Shown one piece after another: positions 37,801 through 50,397 of a stretch of DNA of 64,000 nucleotides. The notes under the pieces are model-generated. The model was not told where the DNA came from. It worked only from the letters and a program-made list of their open reading frames with translations, and searched no databases. The DNA is from Takakia lepidozioides (taxonomy: Eukaryota > Plantae > Bryophyta): the NCBI GenBank assembly GCA_030704615.1, contig CM060732.1, positions 61,690,001-61,754,000 on the forward strand, written 5' to 3'. The position numbers and the translations under genes are program-made. Every line of letters starts with the position of its first letter. The stretch's first letter is position 1.

Positions 37801-40548
37801 GGCCAACACTTGATCCTTGGCTGAATAGAAGGACTTTTTGGTGGCAGGTACATATACAATCACTATCTTCTCAATGCAATTAATTCATTTTGTTGATGAC
37901 ACATTAACATAGTTATTTAACTGACTGTATTTTCTGGCAGCTTCGCAAGGTTGCCTTGGCTCAGTTTGCCTTGTACACCACTCAGCTTGGCCAATTTCAT
38001 GTTGCCTTGGAGGAAGGAGAGAGTGAGAGTCTGGGAGACTACATGGATACATGGAAGATGACTCATTTCAATGAGTTGTTTCATAGAGAGTTCTCATTGC
38101 CAAAGGGGCCATTCAGAGGCAATGATTGGGAACAACAAACAGGTGGGGAGAAGGTGGTGAGACGGATTTTATTCAGGTACCATCTTTCCATTGCATTGTA
38201 CATGGATAGTGTATACACCTTGTAAGTCAAAAATGTCTATGCTTCAAGTATTTTTCTAGTACATTGGGATATACATGTTTCTTAATGTGCTTGTTCAATT
38301 GTTGAACAGGTTGCATAAATATTTGTCTCCACAATAACTTTGAATGTGTTTGTATTTTAGGTACATGAGATTTGTGCTTGTACCGAGTGATCGACTTAAG
38401 GCTGAGCCCAAGTTTCTGATGGCCTGGAAGTTTGGTGCTCAACAAGCTTCCATGTACACACCTGCAATTGAGGAAGATTGGGGTGTGGAACACCGGGAAG
38501 GGGGGGGTTGGTATTTGGATATGCCCAAGGGTACTATCCCCTATGCAGAAATGGGACTTCATAAGGAATGTGTTCGCAGGCAGTCAGTGAGTGATGAAGG
38601 GGGTATCTCCACTGAAGTCCCTGTTCTTGATCTGGAGCATGCAGAACAGATTGCTACACAGGCCGCTGACGCTGTAGCCCAAGTGGTCCCTGCCGTTGTG
38701 GGTGTACCAAAACGCAAATCACGAAAAAGAAAAGGTGCGGATGTCAATGCAGGTGTGGCCCCCAATGCAGGTGTGGCTTCTATTGCTGGTCCTATTGGTA
38801 GTTCTTCACATCCTTCAAATCAGTTGGTTGTAGTGCCTGCACCTACTACTCGAGGAAACAAGCCAAAGGCAGGCGAACATCCTTACAGTGCAGTGTCATT
38901 TTCTGGTGGTGCACCTAGCATGTATCGCATGAAGATCATGCCTACTCATTTCATTGATATGGTGGAGGCCTCAAGTACATCTCCTGATGCGACCTTGAAA
39001 GAGCTCATGGAGTTCTTAAAAAATGTGAGTTTCCCCCAACAAACAAACTTGAATGTAAGGAATTCTTCGATGTTTTTATATCCTCATCATCCGGCTATTG
39101 ACTCCTACATTTTCTGTATGTTGTTTGCAGTTGCCAGGAACTTGGTCTAGTGTTGTGGATGGAAAAAGCGTGCATGTGGCTGTGGACATGATCATCGTGG
39201 ACTGCCCAACAGGAATGCCTGTACAGGGCTGTTTGGATGGTGTACAGGTTCCTCCCTGGAATGCTTTTGATAAACGGTATTGGGAGTATGCATTCTCCAT
39301 TGCTAATGACCTGTTGGATGACAATGGATGCTTGGTGTTCTTGCAGGGCTCCGATGATTCATTTGCATTGGAGCTCTTTTCTTACTCCAGGGGCAGCTCT
39401 ATTTCCGTATTATCAAGGAAATATACTTGCATCAATACCACCCCTCTACACACTCAGACAGGAAAGGTAAAAATCATCCCTCTTCAATATCTCATTGTTT
39501 GATGTTTCATCTTCCTACTCTCATACATATTATTAAACCATCCGGGTGCACTGTTTTTGTGGAAATGGCACGTCTAACAGACCATGTTCTTCCACGCCCA
39601 TGTCCTCACCAAGCAAGGAGGACTATTCAAACTGCGTGAGTCTGGCAAAGTTGTGGACCCCCTTGCAGACCCTGTTGAGTTGGATGCCATCTACAACCAC
39701 ATTCCAGATGTTGCACTACCCATGCAAACTCCTCAACAAGCCTGGAGGGGTGCGCGAGACCGTAGTCCCGCCTTCATGCAAGTGTTGTTGGAGACATGCT
39801 CACCTCCTGGCTCCCGCATTTTGGATCTCACAGCTGGCACAGGTTTGCATTGGTCTCCATTTTGTAATTAAAATCTTCTGAGCTGATTCATGATCATTAA
39901 CTGTTATCCGATATAATATCATCATTGCATGTTTTTTTCCTGCAGGTTCTACATTTATTGCTGCCCGCGAGTCTGGACGTCACGTATTTGGTCTTGAGGG
40001 GGACCAGACGTTGTATGCAGCACGTCTCTCTGCACTTCAAAATACTCAACCCGTTTTGGTTTCATCTGTGGTAACTCCAACCATTCAACGTCCTGTGAGT
40101 TTGTTGGAACCCCCCGCTCCTAAGGTGGCGCGCAAGCTTGGTCTTCATCTCGGCAGTACTTCCTAGTGAGTATGTCTCGCCTCCATTCCCTTTGTTGCAA
40201 TCTCTATATTATTTGCAAAGCAAACCATTCCCATTTGATTTGTTAACATAAGTATACATGTATGTGTGATGCAGTGATGGGATTGTGCGGACCATCTACG
40301 ATAGTCTACCCCAAAGTCCTCTTTCATCGTTTTATCTACCTTCGTATGCCGAGTCCCAAGCTTTGCATTCAATACATCAACAACGTGATGTAGGTCTTTC
40401 CAATGATCTCTTGTTTGACCGAAGAGCAGCTATTGTTGGACAATCCGTGGATAGGTTGCGTAGAGTTGAGGCTTTCATGGATGTGTATGCCTCTGAATCA
40501 CAGGCTTATGACACGGATGATGAAGTATCAGCTGATGATGTTATGTAG
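34896..40548 (+). CDS. ParB/Srx-fold + beta-class N4C/N6A DNA-methyltransferase-like fusion protein, copy 2; 10 predicted exons, about 1104 aa, no disablement seen
   Basis: Exons 34896-34973, 36396-37039, 37153-37342, 37437-37847, 37941-38176, 38361-39024, 39131-39466, 39581-39842, 39946-40165 and 40275-40548; all introns GT-AG, total 3315 nt in frame. Motifs: FHVWDGNHRLQAW; VDMIIVDCPTG (motif IV position); WRGARDRSPAFMQVLLETCSPPGSRILDLTAGTGSTFIAARESGRHVFGLEGD (motifs X-I-II). Exon 1 is the least certain. Confidence 0.85.
35016..36180. repeat. Intron-1 array of CGCCGGCG-core palindromes in ~284-bp higher-order units
   Basis: Cores at about 35066, 35139, 35205, 35459, 35533, 35742, 35817, 35901, 36070 and 36166; perfect 28-bp palindrome CAAGCATCTCCGCCGGCGGAGATGCTTG at 35807-35834. 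Confidence 0.9.
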
Positions 40549-42136
40549 GTAATTAGAAATTACATATACAATACATTGTCCTCATTGTCAGTCCGAATTT
40601 TTTGTTATTTTTTATGATACATGTATTTCTCTCTAGTGTAAGGTAAAACAAATGGGGCAAATGACATGGTGTTGAAATCAGATTTCATGTTATCTTCCTG
40701 TCATTTGATTTATCTATGTAATAGTTTGTACATAGATACTGCATTTCATAGATCCCTTTACCTTAATGCAAGTTCGACATGCACTTCAGCACTATCAAAT
40801 TTCATCATTAGTAAGATCAACCCTTATGAGTATTGTGGCATGTTATGTACACACAGGGTGACTATCTTTATCTCATTAGTGTTTCATTTCATTAGTGTTT
40901 CAAGTCTGAATGGGTAGTGTAGTGGTATGAACTAGGCTTGATACCCGATAGGTTGTGGGTTCTATCTCTGATGGACATTATGTTTTTGTAAAATAAAAAT
41001 GTTTCAGAAGATAGATATATAGATACTGCAAAACCTATGTAACAAAGCTCCCTAGCATTGTCAAGCTCCCTAGCATTCCCTTAGCATTGCTCCATTCTGA
41101 ACTTCAAACTAGACTCCCACCATTGGAAGAGCCCGTACCTTCACCATTTGTATCTAACACGGAGCCGGAGCCTCGTCACTTTTTAATTTTTCGACCTTTT
41201 TTCTCATGTTGGAAAGCCATAAAAGCAACATGTTCATCTCCCATTCCTACACTCACCCATGTGGAATAATAATACAATGAATATGGAATATTCTATATAG
41301 AATATTCTTATTCCATCCTTTGATATTTTGACTATGGACCCTAAGATTAGATGAATCACAATTTTATTTTATTTTTTGGGTACCCTTATTTAAGTGTTGT
41401 GCATATAAAATTGTTCCTATGCATATCTAAAATTTGTATGCACGCATACATTCCTCCATATGCATGCATTTGTGTGCGCATATAGTATAGGCTACCTCCT
41501 GGCGGGTAACCGCCCAACTCTGGTTGAAACCCATTGTTGGGCGAATTTTAATATATTTTAATCTAATGTAGTCATACGTTTTACTACATGACTAGGAGCC
41601 GCGGTCAAACAGTGTTGACCAAGAATATAGGCTTGGTTTTATATAACTAGTAGTCTTACGCAATACTACACGTCAGACACGTGCCACGTAAGCTTATGAC
41701 TAAATGACTACACCACTACTACACATTGATGACATGCCATATAAGCTTATGACTACATGACTACTGGAGGTTTCATATCTCTGTTTCTATGATTACATCA
41801 CTACACGTGGCATTTTAAGGCATATACATGAATGGGTTCATCCATTGGATGACCTCATCCATCTATCTTTAACGAATCACTTGTCATATGTGAACATGTG
41901 TCCATTTGATATTGGCAAAATATTGGACTTGGAGCTCGAAGCAGTTTGCAGTTTCACTATGTAGTGGCGTGGGCAAATATCACGAAGTAGTAAGTAGCAT
42001 ACTTCATTGAGTCATGCAGTTTGCAGACTTCGAATTGACTTGTAATCGTCGTCCCTGTTTGCAGTCTTCAAGTGTACAATTTGATACATTCCCCCCTTCA
42101 TGACATTGGTATTCGACTATACAACGAGTTCTTTTA

Positions 42137-42410
42137 GTGATGTTGAAGCCAGACAAGGTCACAATTGGTTGCGTTTGCAATGAATGTGCGAGCTTGGTAG
42201 CCCTGAAATTGGACAGCCTCAAAATGGGAATAGTACGAGAGGTATTTGTTCTAAACTCTACCTGGGTGGACATGTATTTTGAATGTGGTAGCATCAAGGA
42301 TGACAAGGGAGTGTTCGATGATATGGCCGAACAAGATGTGGTGTCTTGGAATGCAATGATCGCAGGATATGCCCAGCATGGTTGTCATAGGAGGGAGGCC
42401 CTACAAGTAA
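42137..42410 (+). pseudogene. PLS-class pentatricopeptide-repeat gene fragment inside the CACTA
   Basis: KPDKVT...CASL...VDMYFECGSIKD..GVFDDM.EQDVVSWNAMIAGYAQHG..REALQV. Confidence 0.85.
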
Positions 42411-44074
42411 TTATAGGCATTCACTATGTCATTTTCCCAAAAAATCACCAACTACCGAGGGCGGCGGTACCTCCATTCTCTTCTCCTCTCTCCCCGTTTG
42501 TCAAGGGTTTTTTCCATGTAAGAGTCTGTTCATACCAGTGCATGGTTCTCCCGTTCTAATTCCACAGTGAGAATAGAGGCATCTTATGTCAAGAGAGGTA
42601 GGGGCAAATTTACTTTGGCAATGATGATGGCCTAGATGAAAAATATGGATTGTTGCTGGTGCCAGCTCTAGAGGTCTGTCAGTTGTGGACAAGCAGGATT
42701 GATATGCGATTGATATGCCTCCAGTAGCATGCCATATTCTCTGTTTCACTGTAGGCAGCAACCCAAGGCCCATCTGATGCCAAGCTGCCCCATTTAATCC
42801 AGCCCTGAACCACATAGTTCTCTTTCAATCTCTTCCTTCTCTTCATTTTTGAAAGGTCTTTTCTAAACCGTGAGAAGTTGCTGGATTGGAGGGTTGTGTA
42901 TCATACCCCCCAATTCAACACTCATATTTGATGTTGAGTTTGTGGGCAAAGCTTAAGAGCCTTGTTTCTCAACGACTACCAGCGAGACATATATCACTGG
43001 TAAACATGTCTCTGGGAATTTGCTTTATACTTGCTTTTTCACAGGGGGGGGGGATTCCAGGGAGGCAGTGAAGTTGGCAAAGCTCTAATGGGATGAGGGA
43101 TGTGAAAGTTGGTGTTGGTTTATTTTTCCACTAATGTGTGACACAGAAGTCGTATACTGGGCACTTCCTTACTAGCTCAGTGGGCTGAAAACTGATTGCA
43201 CGACTGTTTGAACTCACCTCTCTAATGCTTTGCTTTTCCTGATATGCCAAAGGCTTGCCATGACAGCTTGGTCAAGACGAAATAAATCTGCCTGCTTGTG
43301 GATATTGGATTGCAAGATTGCCACCACAAGTAAGCGATGTGTACGATATGGTATAATTGCAGGTCTTCCACCACAACCAAGTGGTGTAAGTATTTTACTC
43401 GTGAAATAGCTTTGAACCACCAAAAACCTCCCATGTTGGTCACAGTTGACTGGAATTCTTTAATTTCGTTTTGTGGTTAGAGCAGGGTGAAGGCAGACTT
43501 GGGGTAGTGTTGCTCATGAAGGACATATCTATACATTGGTGGTGTGGAACCAACAACGCCGCCTCTCGATCACACCTCATCTACCGTGCAAATGGGAAGA
43601 GATCACACTGTTAGCCATGCATGCATTGTCAAAGGATTGGGTCACTGAATTGTTCGATCCTTACCTTTCAAAGTCCTGCTTCAACTTCGCCGTGGCATCC
43701 TTCACGATGGCAATGTTAGCCTCACGTAGCTTCTCGTACTCAGTGAGAGGAGCAATGACAACCTTGGACTTCACCATGAATGATCATGCAGCTCACTAGC
43801 ACACACCGCAAGAGTGTGGTAGTAGTAGCCATGACTTCACCACTCCACATGATTGGTGAGTTGTAGTCATGTAGTTGTGTCTATGACTGCCTTTTATACA
43901 CATGTCGATATGTCGTTGGCTAGTTGTAGTCGTGTAGTCATAAACACATATAGGAACATGACTACGTCACTAGAACTATCTGCCATGTGTCACAATGTCG
44001 TTGCTCAAATCGAAGTGATGTAGTGATAGCCGTGACTACATTTGTCCACATGTCATAATCTACATATACTGTGA

Positions 44075-47000
44075 ATGAACCGTGGGAAACACGAGATGCA
44101 GGGACATGCTGATTCTGATGACGAGGAGGATCGGGCTGAGTTTGGGCAGGGGCCTAATGAAAGGGAGAACAATACGGATCATGAAGGTGGTGTGGAGGCA
44201 GAAATTCAACGAGCATTGCAGGAAGCTTTTGAGTTTGCGGATGCAAACAGGGAGGATCCGATTAATGGTGGAACTCGGGCCGAAGACAGCCCCAACGAGG
44301 AAGAATCCATGGACAATGCAGAGAATGGCCCAAACCTGAGTCACGGAGTTGACCCCAACTACGATACGCTATTTCGACAATCTCAATGTAAACTCTACGA
44401 AGGGAGCTCGATCAGACGATTTGAAGCTACTTTGCACTTGCTCAACTTGTGCACCACCCACAAGTGCACCAATGGCTTTGTGGATGAGCTTCTTGGATTG
44501 TTGTGCAAAAGTTTTTTGCCGAAACAGAATTCTATGCCGAAAACTAATTATGAAGCTAGAACTATGATTGCAAAGATGGGATTGTAGTACACCCAGATCC
44601 ATGCCTGCGAGAAAGGCTGTGTACTCTTCCGTGGGGAGAATGAAAAAACAGAATTTTGCCCGGAGTGCAAGACGTCGCGTTACATTCCTGGTCGTGGGAC
44701 TGTACCCAGAAAAATACTACGACATTTCCTTGTCATCCCAAGGTTGAAACGCATGTATCGATGCAAATCAATCGCGCACCTTATGACATGGCACTTCAGA
44801 CATAAGAGTCAGGATGGATTGGTTCGACATCCAGCTGGTAGCAAAGCCTGGGCCCACGTTGACTCCACATTTGCGGATTTTGCTTCAGAACCACGAAATG
44901 TACGATTTGGATTAGCCTTAGATGGAGTAAATCCATACAGTGCTCAATCCACGAGTTGGAGCACATGGCCCATCCTGTTGGTCAACTATAATTTGCCTCC
45001 ATGGTTGATGACAAAGAAGTTTTTCGTCATGTTAGCACTCATTATCCCTGGAAAGGAGTCTGTTACATCTGTGAACATTGATGTGTATTTGATGCCCCTA
45101 GTAGAGGAGCTACAGGAATTGTGGAGAGGCATCATAGCTTACGATGTTTCCCAAGCTCTCCAACAACGCCAATTCTTGCTACGGGCATTGCTGCTATGGT
45201 CAATCCATGATTACCCTGCATATGGCTTGCTCGCGGGTCAGGTTACTAAAGGTTATGCTGGTTGTCCAGCTTGTGGACCCGAGGTGGATTCACAGCATTT
45301 ACATGCACGTTCGAAGACTGTGTTCTTGGGCCATCGGAGATTTCTTGCCCACAACCATCCATATAGAAGATCAAGATTGTTCAATGGTGCTGTTGAGCAT
45401 AGAGTGGCTCCACAAATGCAGACGGGAACACAAATAAAGAAACATGCAATTGACCTGATTGCATGGATAGCAGCAGGGGGGAAACCAGATACGCCATCAG
45501 ACCCTTCCAAATCTCACGGAGTGCAGCGATTATCAATCTTATATGCCTTGCCTTACTGGGAGGGCCTCCTCATACGACATACGTTTGATGCTATGCATTG
45601 CGAGAAGAACTTTGCAGAGAATATCATTAAGACTATTTTTGGGGAGAAAGATACATTGAAGGTACGGCGTGATCTTGAATTACTTGGGCTGCGTCCATCA
45701 TTGTGGTTGCAACGACATCCAGACAGGGCAGATACGTTAATCATGCCTCATGCTCCTTATGTTCTGACTGAAGCTGAGTTGAAAGTTTTCTTGGACACTG
45801 TGCGAAACCTTAAAGTACCCACAGGATATGCATCAGCTTTCAAAAAACACGTGGTAAAGAAAAAACTATATGGCATGAAATCACATGATTACCATGTGTT
45901 CATGCACCAAATTTTACCGCTGACTATTCGTGGGCTCATGGCAACAGGTGTGCACACTACAATTTTGCGAGCATGTCGTGTATTTAGGAGGTTGTGTGCA
46001 AAAGTAGTGAAATCTTGCAGAGTATGAGGAGTTGAAACATGAAGCAGTTGTTACTCTCTGTCTAATGGAGAAAGAGTTCCGGCCACCATCATTCTTTGAT
46101 GTGATGACACATCTGCTTGTCCACCTAGTGGACGAGCTCGATTTATGTGGTCCTGTGGCATCACGTTGGATGTACCCCATGGAGCGGGCAATGAAAGAAA
46201 TGAAGGGGTACGTCCGGAACATGGCAAAACCCGAGGGCATCATAGCTCAAGGATACATTTTTTATGAAGCTCTAGGATTTTGCACGGAGTATATGGCAGG
46301 ATATGATGGAACCGCACGAAGGGTGTGCGATGCAGATGAGGAAGAATCTGTGGCCGGCGTAGTTTTGGAAGGAGCCGGCAAACCTCGGAAATTGGGTGCC
46401 ATGCATGCTATTGTACACGATTACATCATTCAAAATCATCCAAGCATATCCGATATGTTGAAGTAAGTCCACACCCTTTCAGATCTGAATATTTTGTTGA
46501 TTTGATCTTTTTGTACTGCCCCATGCTTAGTCTGTGTTGGCTAAATAGCCTCGACATTTTGTGCCAGGAAATATGAAGAGGAGTCCACACAAATGGATGA
46601 TTGTCCATTTGCTACTTGGCTGCCAAATGTTGTACGGGAACATCTATCTAGAATTCAAGAACATGTGCTTGAAGATGGCGTACGACAAGAATTACTGGAT
46701 CTTCAAGACCCCCATCATATTATGCCTTGACATACAAGAGTATGTCAGGATATGGCAACCATTACAGGGCTACATCCCCAGGCATGAACACATCGAGTAT
46801 AGCATCCTTTGATTGTGGAGTCTCATCAGTTTTCAAGCATGAGACGGAATCTGTACGGTATGTGGGTCTTATTAGGGAGATTTTGCATATTGACTATGGC
46901 ACTACACGGCCTGTAGTGTTTTTGTGCTCCTGGGTACGGGCCCAAAATGTGGGTCGTCAACCTAGATCAATGAAGGAAGATGATTGTGGCTTCACGTTGG

Positions 47001-47086
47001 TCAATTTCAATCAAATGCTACCACCCTCTGAACAGCCTTTTGTATTGCCAGTACAGGTGATCAAGTTTTTTTCTCTGAATGTGTGA
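44075..47086 (+). pseudogene. CACTA Tnp2/TnpD transposase (Transposase_21 with downstream DUF4218/DUF4216-type regions), disabled
   Basis: IHACEKGCVLFRGE, RNVRFGLALDGVNPY, STWPILLVNYNLPPW, DAMHCEKN, MKSHDYHV, PPSFFDVMTHLLVHL and WMYPMER motifs; stop at 44585-44587 and frameshift near 46020. Confidence 0.93.
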
Positions 47087-49821
47087 AGGAACGACAATGG
47101 AAAGTTGTATTGGAGAAGAGCCCCTGATCGGAGAGTGGTGTGTGATATCTCAATTTCTATTGATGATCTAAGAAGAGTTGAAGGTTTATTAGCTCCACAA
47201 CAACTACAAGAGACATTGACTACTGTCCGAACTCACAACCGAATTCAGACAGTGACACCAGAGCAGCTGGCCTCATTGTACCGACCCACATACCGACGAC
47301 GCGAGGTACAACCCCCAGTTGACCAGCAGGTCTGTCATGAAGACATAGATACCTCCACCGACGTTGAGGCTATGGTCAGTGATGATGACACAGATACCTC
47401 CATATTCACAGACACGGATTCAGTCGATGGCAATTAGATATGCTACCCTTGTGCATGTATTACCTGTCATTCCAAATAAATGTATTATTCTGTCCCCATG
47501 TAGTCACATTGTTTTGGGTACCAACTGTCAATGAACATTGATATTCAAATATGCTCACAATTCCTCCATGCTATAAGCTGTTGTGATCAAGCACTAGTGG
47601 ATTGACCACAAGTAGGGCCATTTATTCATATCCAGATTGTAAAACATTGGCACCCAGAAGTTGGGAAGTGACCCAGTCTGGCACTTCACCATTCTACACT
47701 TCTAATATCTTCCAGTGTGCAATTATTAGCACTGATTTCATCGCTGGCAACCTGCAGTAATATCCCTATATCAAATAAATCCCATACCCACATCCTTGGG
47801 CCTTTGTCTAGCTTCAACTACAACAACATATTGCCACATTTGGCATACATCTACGCCAGGGCAATATCCAGACTGATATTGGTACAATTCACGCTTTGAT
47901 CCTGTCAATTCTTTGCCCCTTTGTAGAGTTGTAGACGGGGTGGCATGCATAGCAATATCCTGCAAACCTGGCCCTGTGCATCTTCACCCCTTCTACCACT
48001 CTGAATCACTCGCATTTGCTGTCGCCATTGAGTGGTCAGATTGTTGAGAGACCTGTAAGACCATCCCAGTGGAACATCAGTTGGCTTGCTCCCCACCCCC
48101 TCTCTAGCTTGCAATTGAATCATAATCTTATCTAGTTTTTTTCTCTCATCTCCAGGAAAATGACCTGCTATCACATTGTTGTACTGCAATATTGCCAAAA
48201 TCTTACAATGTCTGGCTATGGCTGTCATCATAGTGAATGTAGAAAAGGCTTGAAAAGTGCAAGTTGAGTGTAGTTTAGGGTATAGGAGTGCATTCATAGC
48301 AGTAGGCGGGAATGAACCGCATTTGACGGGCAGCCATTGGGACAACAGTAAGGCACTTCATCGTTTTCCAACTCCTTTATGAACATTAGGGTATGAGCTG
48401 CATTTGTCTTGTGTTAGTCGTTTAAGAGGGGAGATAGTCGAGTAACCCGTGGGCCGCAATGGAAGTATTTTTGCAGGATTACGGGTGTGAATCCGCGTCG
48501 GAAGGCACAGTCTCGTGGAGCTCCTATCAAAGGTCTGGCAAGACGAAGTGCCCGACTCGTCACCATGACTTGTACAACTGCCAAGCCCAAAGTAATTTTT
48601 GACATAGACGACGACGATCCTTACCTCCCACCACAAAAGGGAGCAGTACAGGAAAGGACTGGGGATTCAGCCGACTCCATGTCGGAGGACGCAGATGCAG
48701 GCATAGTGGCGCACGCAGGGAAAAAACGTGGTGCAGGCACACCGTCTCCATCTGTGAGTGCATTTTATGGGCATATTTGTAGTCTCTCACCACTTATTCC
48801 GAAGGTGAGCACAACCTCATGAGTGCCAAATAGTATCATGCGGACTTCATTAGGGGCCATGATCCGGGGAGGGATTGTCTAAATACTTGACAGATTTAAT
48901 TGCGTGTCAATATTCTTCTTCTTTTTGTTCTGTCTCTTCCGTGCTTTGTAGGTCTGTCCCTCATTTGCATGTTTGGTTTTGAAGGGGGTGTGTTGTCATA
49001 AGCATATTCTCTGTCTAGATTCAGCTTGTGCATTTCTGTCTGTCCATTTTCGGAGTGGAGGAGTTGCACCATTGCCCATGTGCATGTGGCCCCCATATTC
49101 CATAGCACTATTTACAACTTTCTAAGCAGTAGGTCTCGTATGTTGAGCACATTCCATCTTTTCTCACAGCTTTTAGGTATGCCCCTCCCTACTGCATGTT
49201 TGGTATGGATTTTAGGCAAAACCCATACATAAAAGGGCTCGGAAAAGTCTTGGGCGCACATCATTGAAGCCAATCCAATTTGGCCGATTTTCTAGCCAAG
49301 ATCTGTCTGATTTTTGGGTAATCATACCTGTACAAATATCGCGTACTGTTTATACTTTATGACACCTTTATGTCATGATATGGTGTGGTCCTTGTAGTTG
49401 GATTTACTTGGCATTGTGTTTCATGTATGGAAACCCAGGGCAAGCAAAAACAGAAGCAGAAAAATGCCACAGGAGTCGGCCCTCAGTCCCCCCAGGTTTT
49501 CCATACTCAGCCACCAGTACCATGCTCTCAATATCGCTCCATGCCTCAGTACCCGGCTCCCAACCAGCATCCACCCACTGGCAATGTGGAGGGTCAGTAT
49601 GCAACGGCCCCCCAACACAATTATGCAGCTGGCCATTATGGCCCTTATGCTCCTCCTCCATATCGTCTACCTCCTCCTCCTTATGGAGGTGGCAGGCCAC
49701 CTGAATATCCTCCGCCGTATGCACAGGTCCCATATGACCACTATGGATCCTCGAGTGGTTCCCAACCACCATGGCCACCGATGGGTAGCTGGCCGAATAA
49801 CCCTTCAACGTTCCCGCACAG

Positions 49822-50397
49822 GTGCCAGCGGTTCAACCTGCAGGGGATGTGGTTCAATCAAAGGCTGACAGAACCAATGCCTTGAGACGAGCAAATTATG
49901 CTGTGAAGGCCACGGCATATAAAGTGAAGGAAGAAAGAGAGGCAGAAGGTCTTCCTGCAACTGTAGTTGTTGTGAACAAGGCAGGAAAACCAATTGGTCA
50001 AACGAGGAATGTTTGGCATGCGGCCCTCACAGGTCACATTCATCGTATCTGTGATCCTTCTATAGCCATCAACTATCATCCTGATGAGATCATTGAAGAG
50101 CTCAAAGAAATCCTGGCCAAGCTATTTGAATATGTCCCAGGTGACTTGGATGATATTGCGTTGCGAAACACAATAGGCACAATTATGAAGTCCCGACGGC
50201 ATGACTTGCACAAGGAATGGCAGAAAGGTGGGGGGAAACCCATGGACGTGTCTGATGAGCATTGGAAGAGCCTTACCTCCTACTAGAGTACAGAACAATA
50301 CTCCAAAGTGCAGACCCACTTGAAGACAGCAAATGCCTGCATTCAAAATCACACCAAAACGGGTCGGGGAGGGAATGACAGCATGGAGGCATGCTTA
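49822..50397 (+). pseudogene. CACTA TnpA-like (Transposase_24/Ptta-type) exon
   Basis: GKPIGQ...IGTIMKSRRHDLHKEW...KPMDVSDEHWKSLTSY*...NACIQNHTKTGRGG; preceded by a Pro/Tyr-rich segment; in-frame stop at 50284-50286. Confidence 0.7.

Larger units (their letters stand above)
29674..41496. mobile_element. Complete MULE-family element with transposase and ParB-like/MTase-like accessory gene (copy 2)
   Basis: Direct repeat TCCTGGCGGG at 29664-29673 and 41497-41506 (TSD 8-10 bp, so boundaries +/-2). Imperfect TIRs GGTTGCTATTCCATATGCAC / reverse complement GGTAGCCTATACTATATGCGCAC with TGCA/ATGCAT-rich subtermini. Two divergent genes inside. Confidence 0.85.
28920..41522. mobile_element. hAT-like MITE (~0.77 kb) split by the MULE insertion
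   Basis: TIRs TAGTGTTGGGCGGTT / AACCGCCCAACTCTG; 8-bp TSD GATGAAAC (28912-28919) vs GTTGAAAC (41523-41530); subterminal CCGGTT/GGTTCC repeats. Confidence 0.85.

Noticed and set aside
40164-40166. TAG as the stop codon of the accessory gene
   Set aside because: It overlaps a GTGAGT donor; splicing to 40275 gives an exon homologous to the last exon of copy 1 (SPLSxFxLPxYAExxALH).
34896-40548. Bacterial or phage contamination, or a ParABS / restriction-modification operon
   Set aside because: The gene has nine GT-AG introns (positions shared with the paralogue where checked) and is nested in plant TEs with TSDs; no ParA or endonuclease gene is visible.
42500-43450. LINE fragment inside the CACTA
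   Set aside because: Only a weak ASLWHIRK resemblance to LINE C-terminal regions; insufficient evidence.
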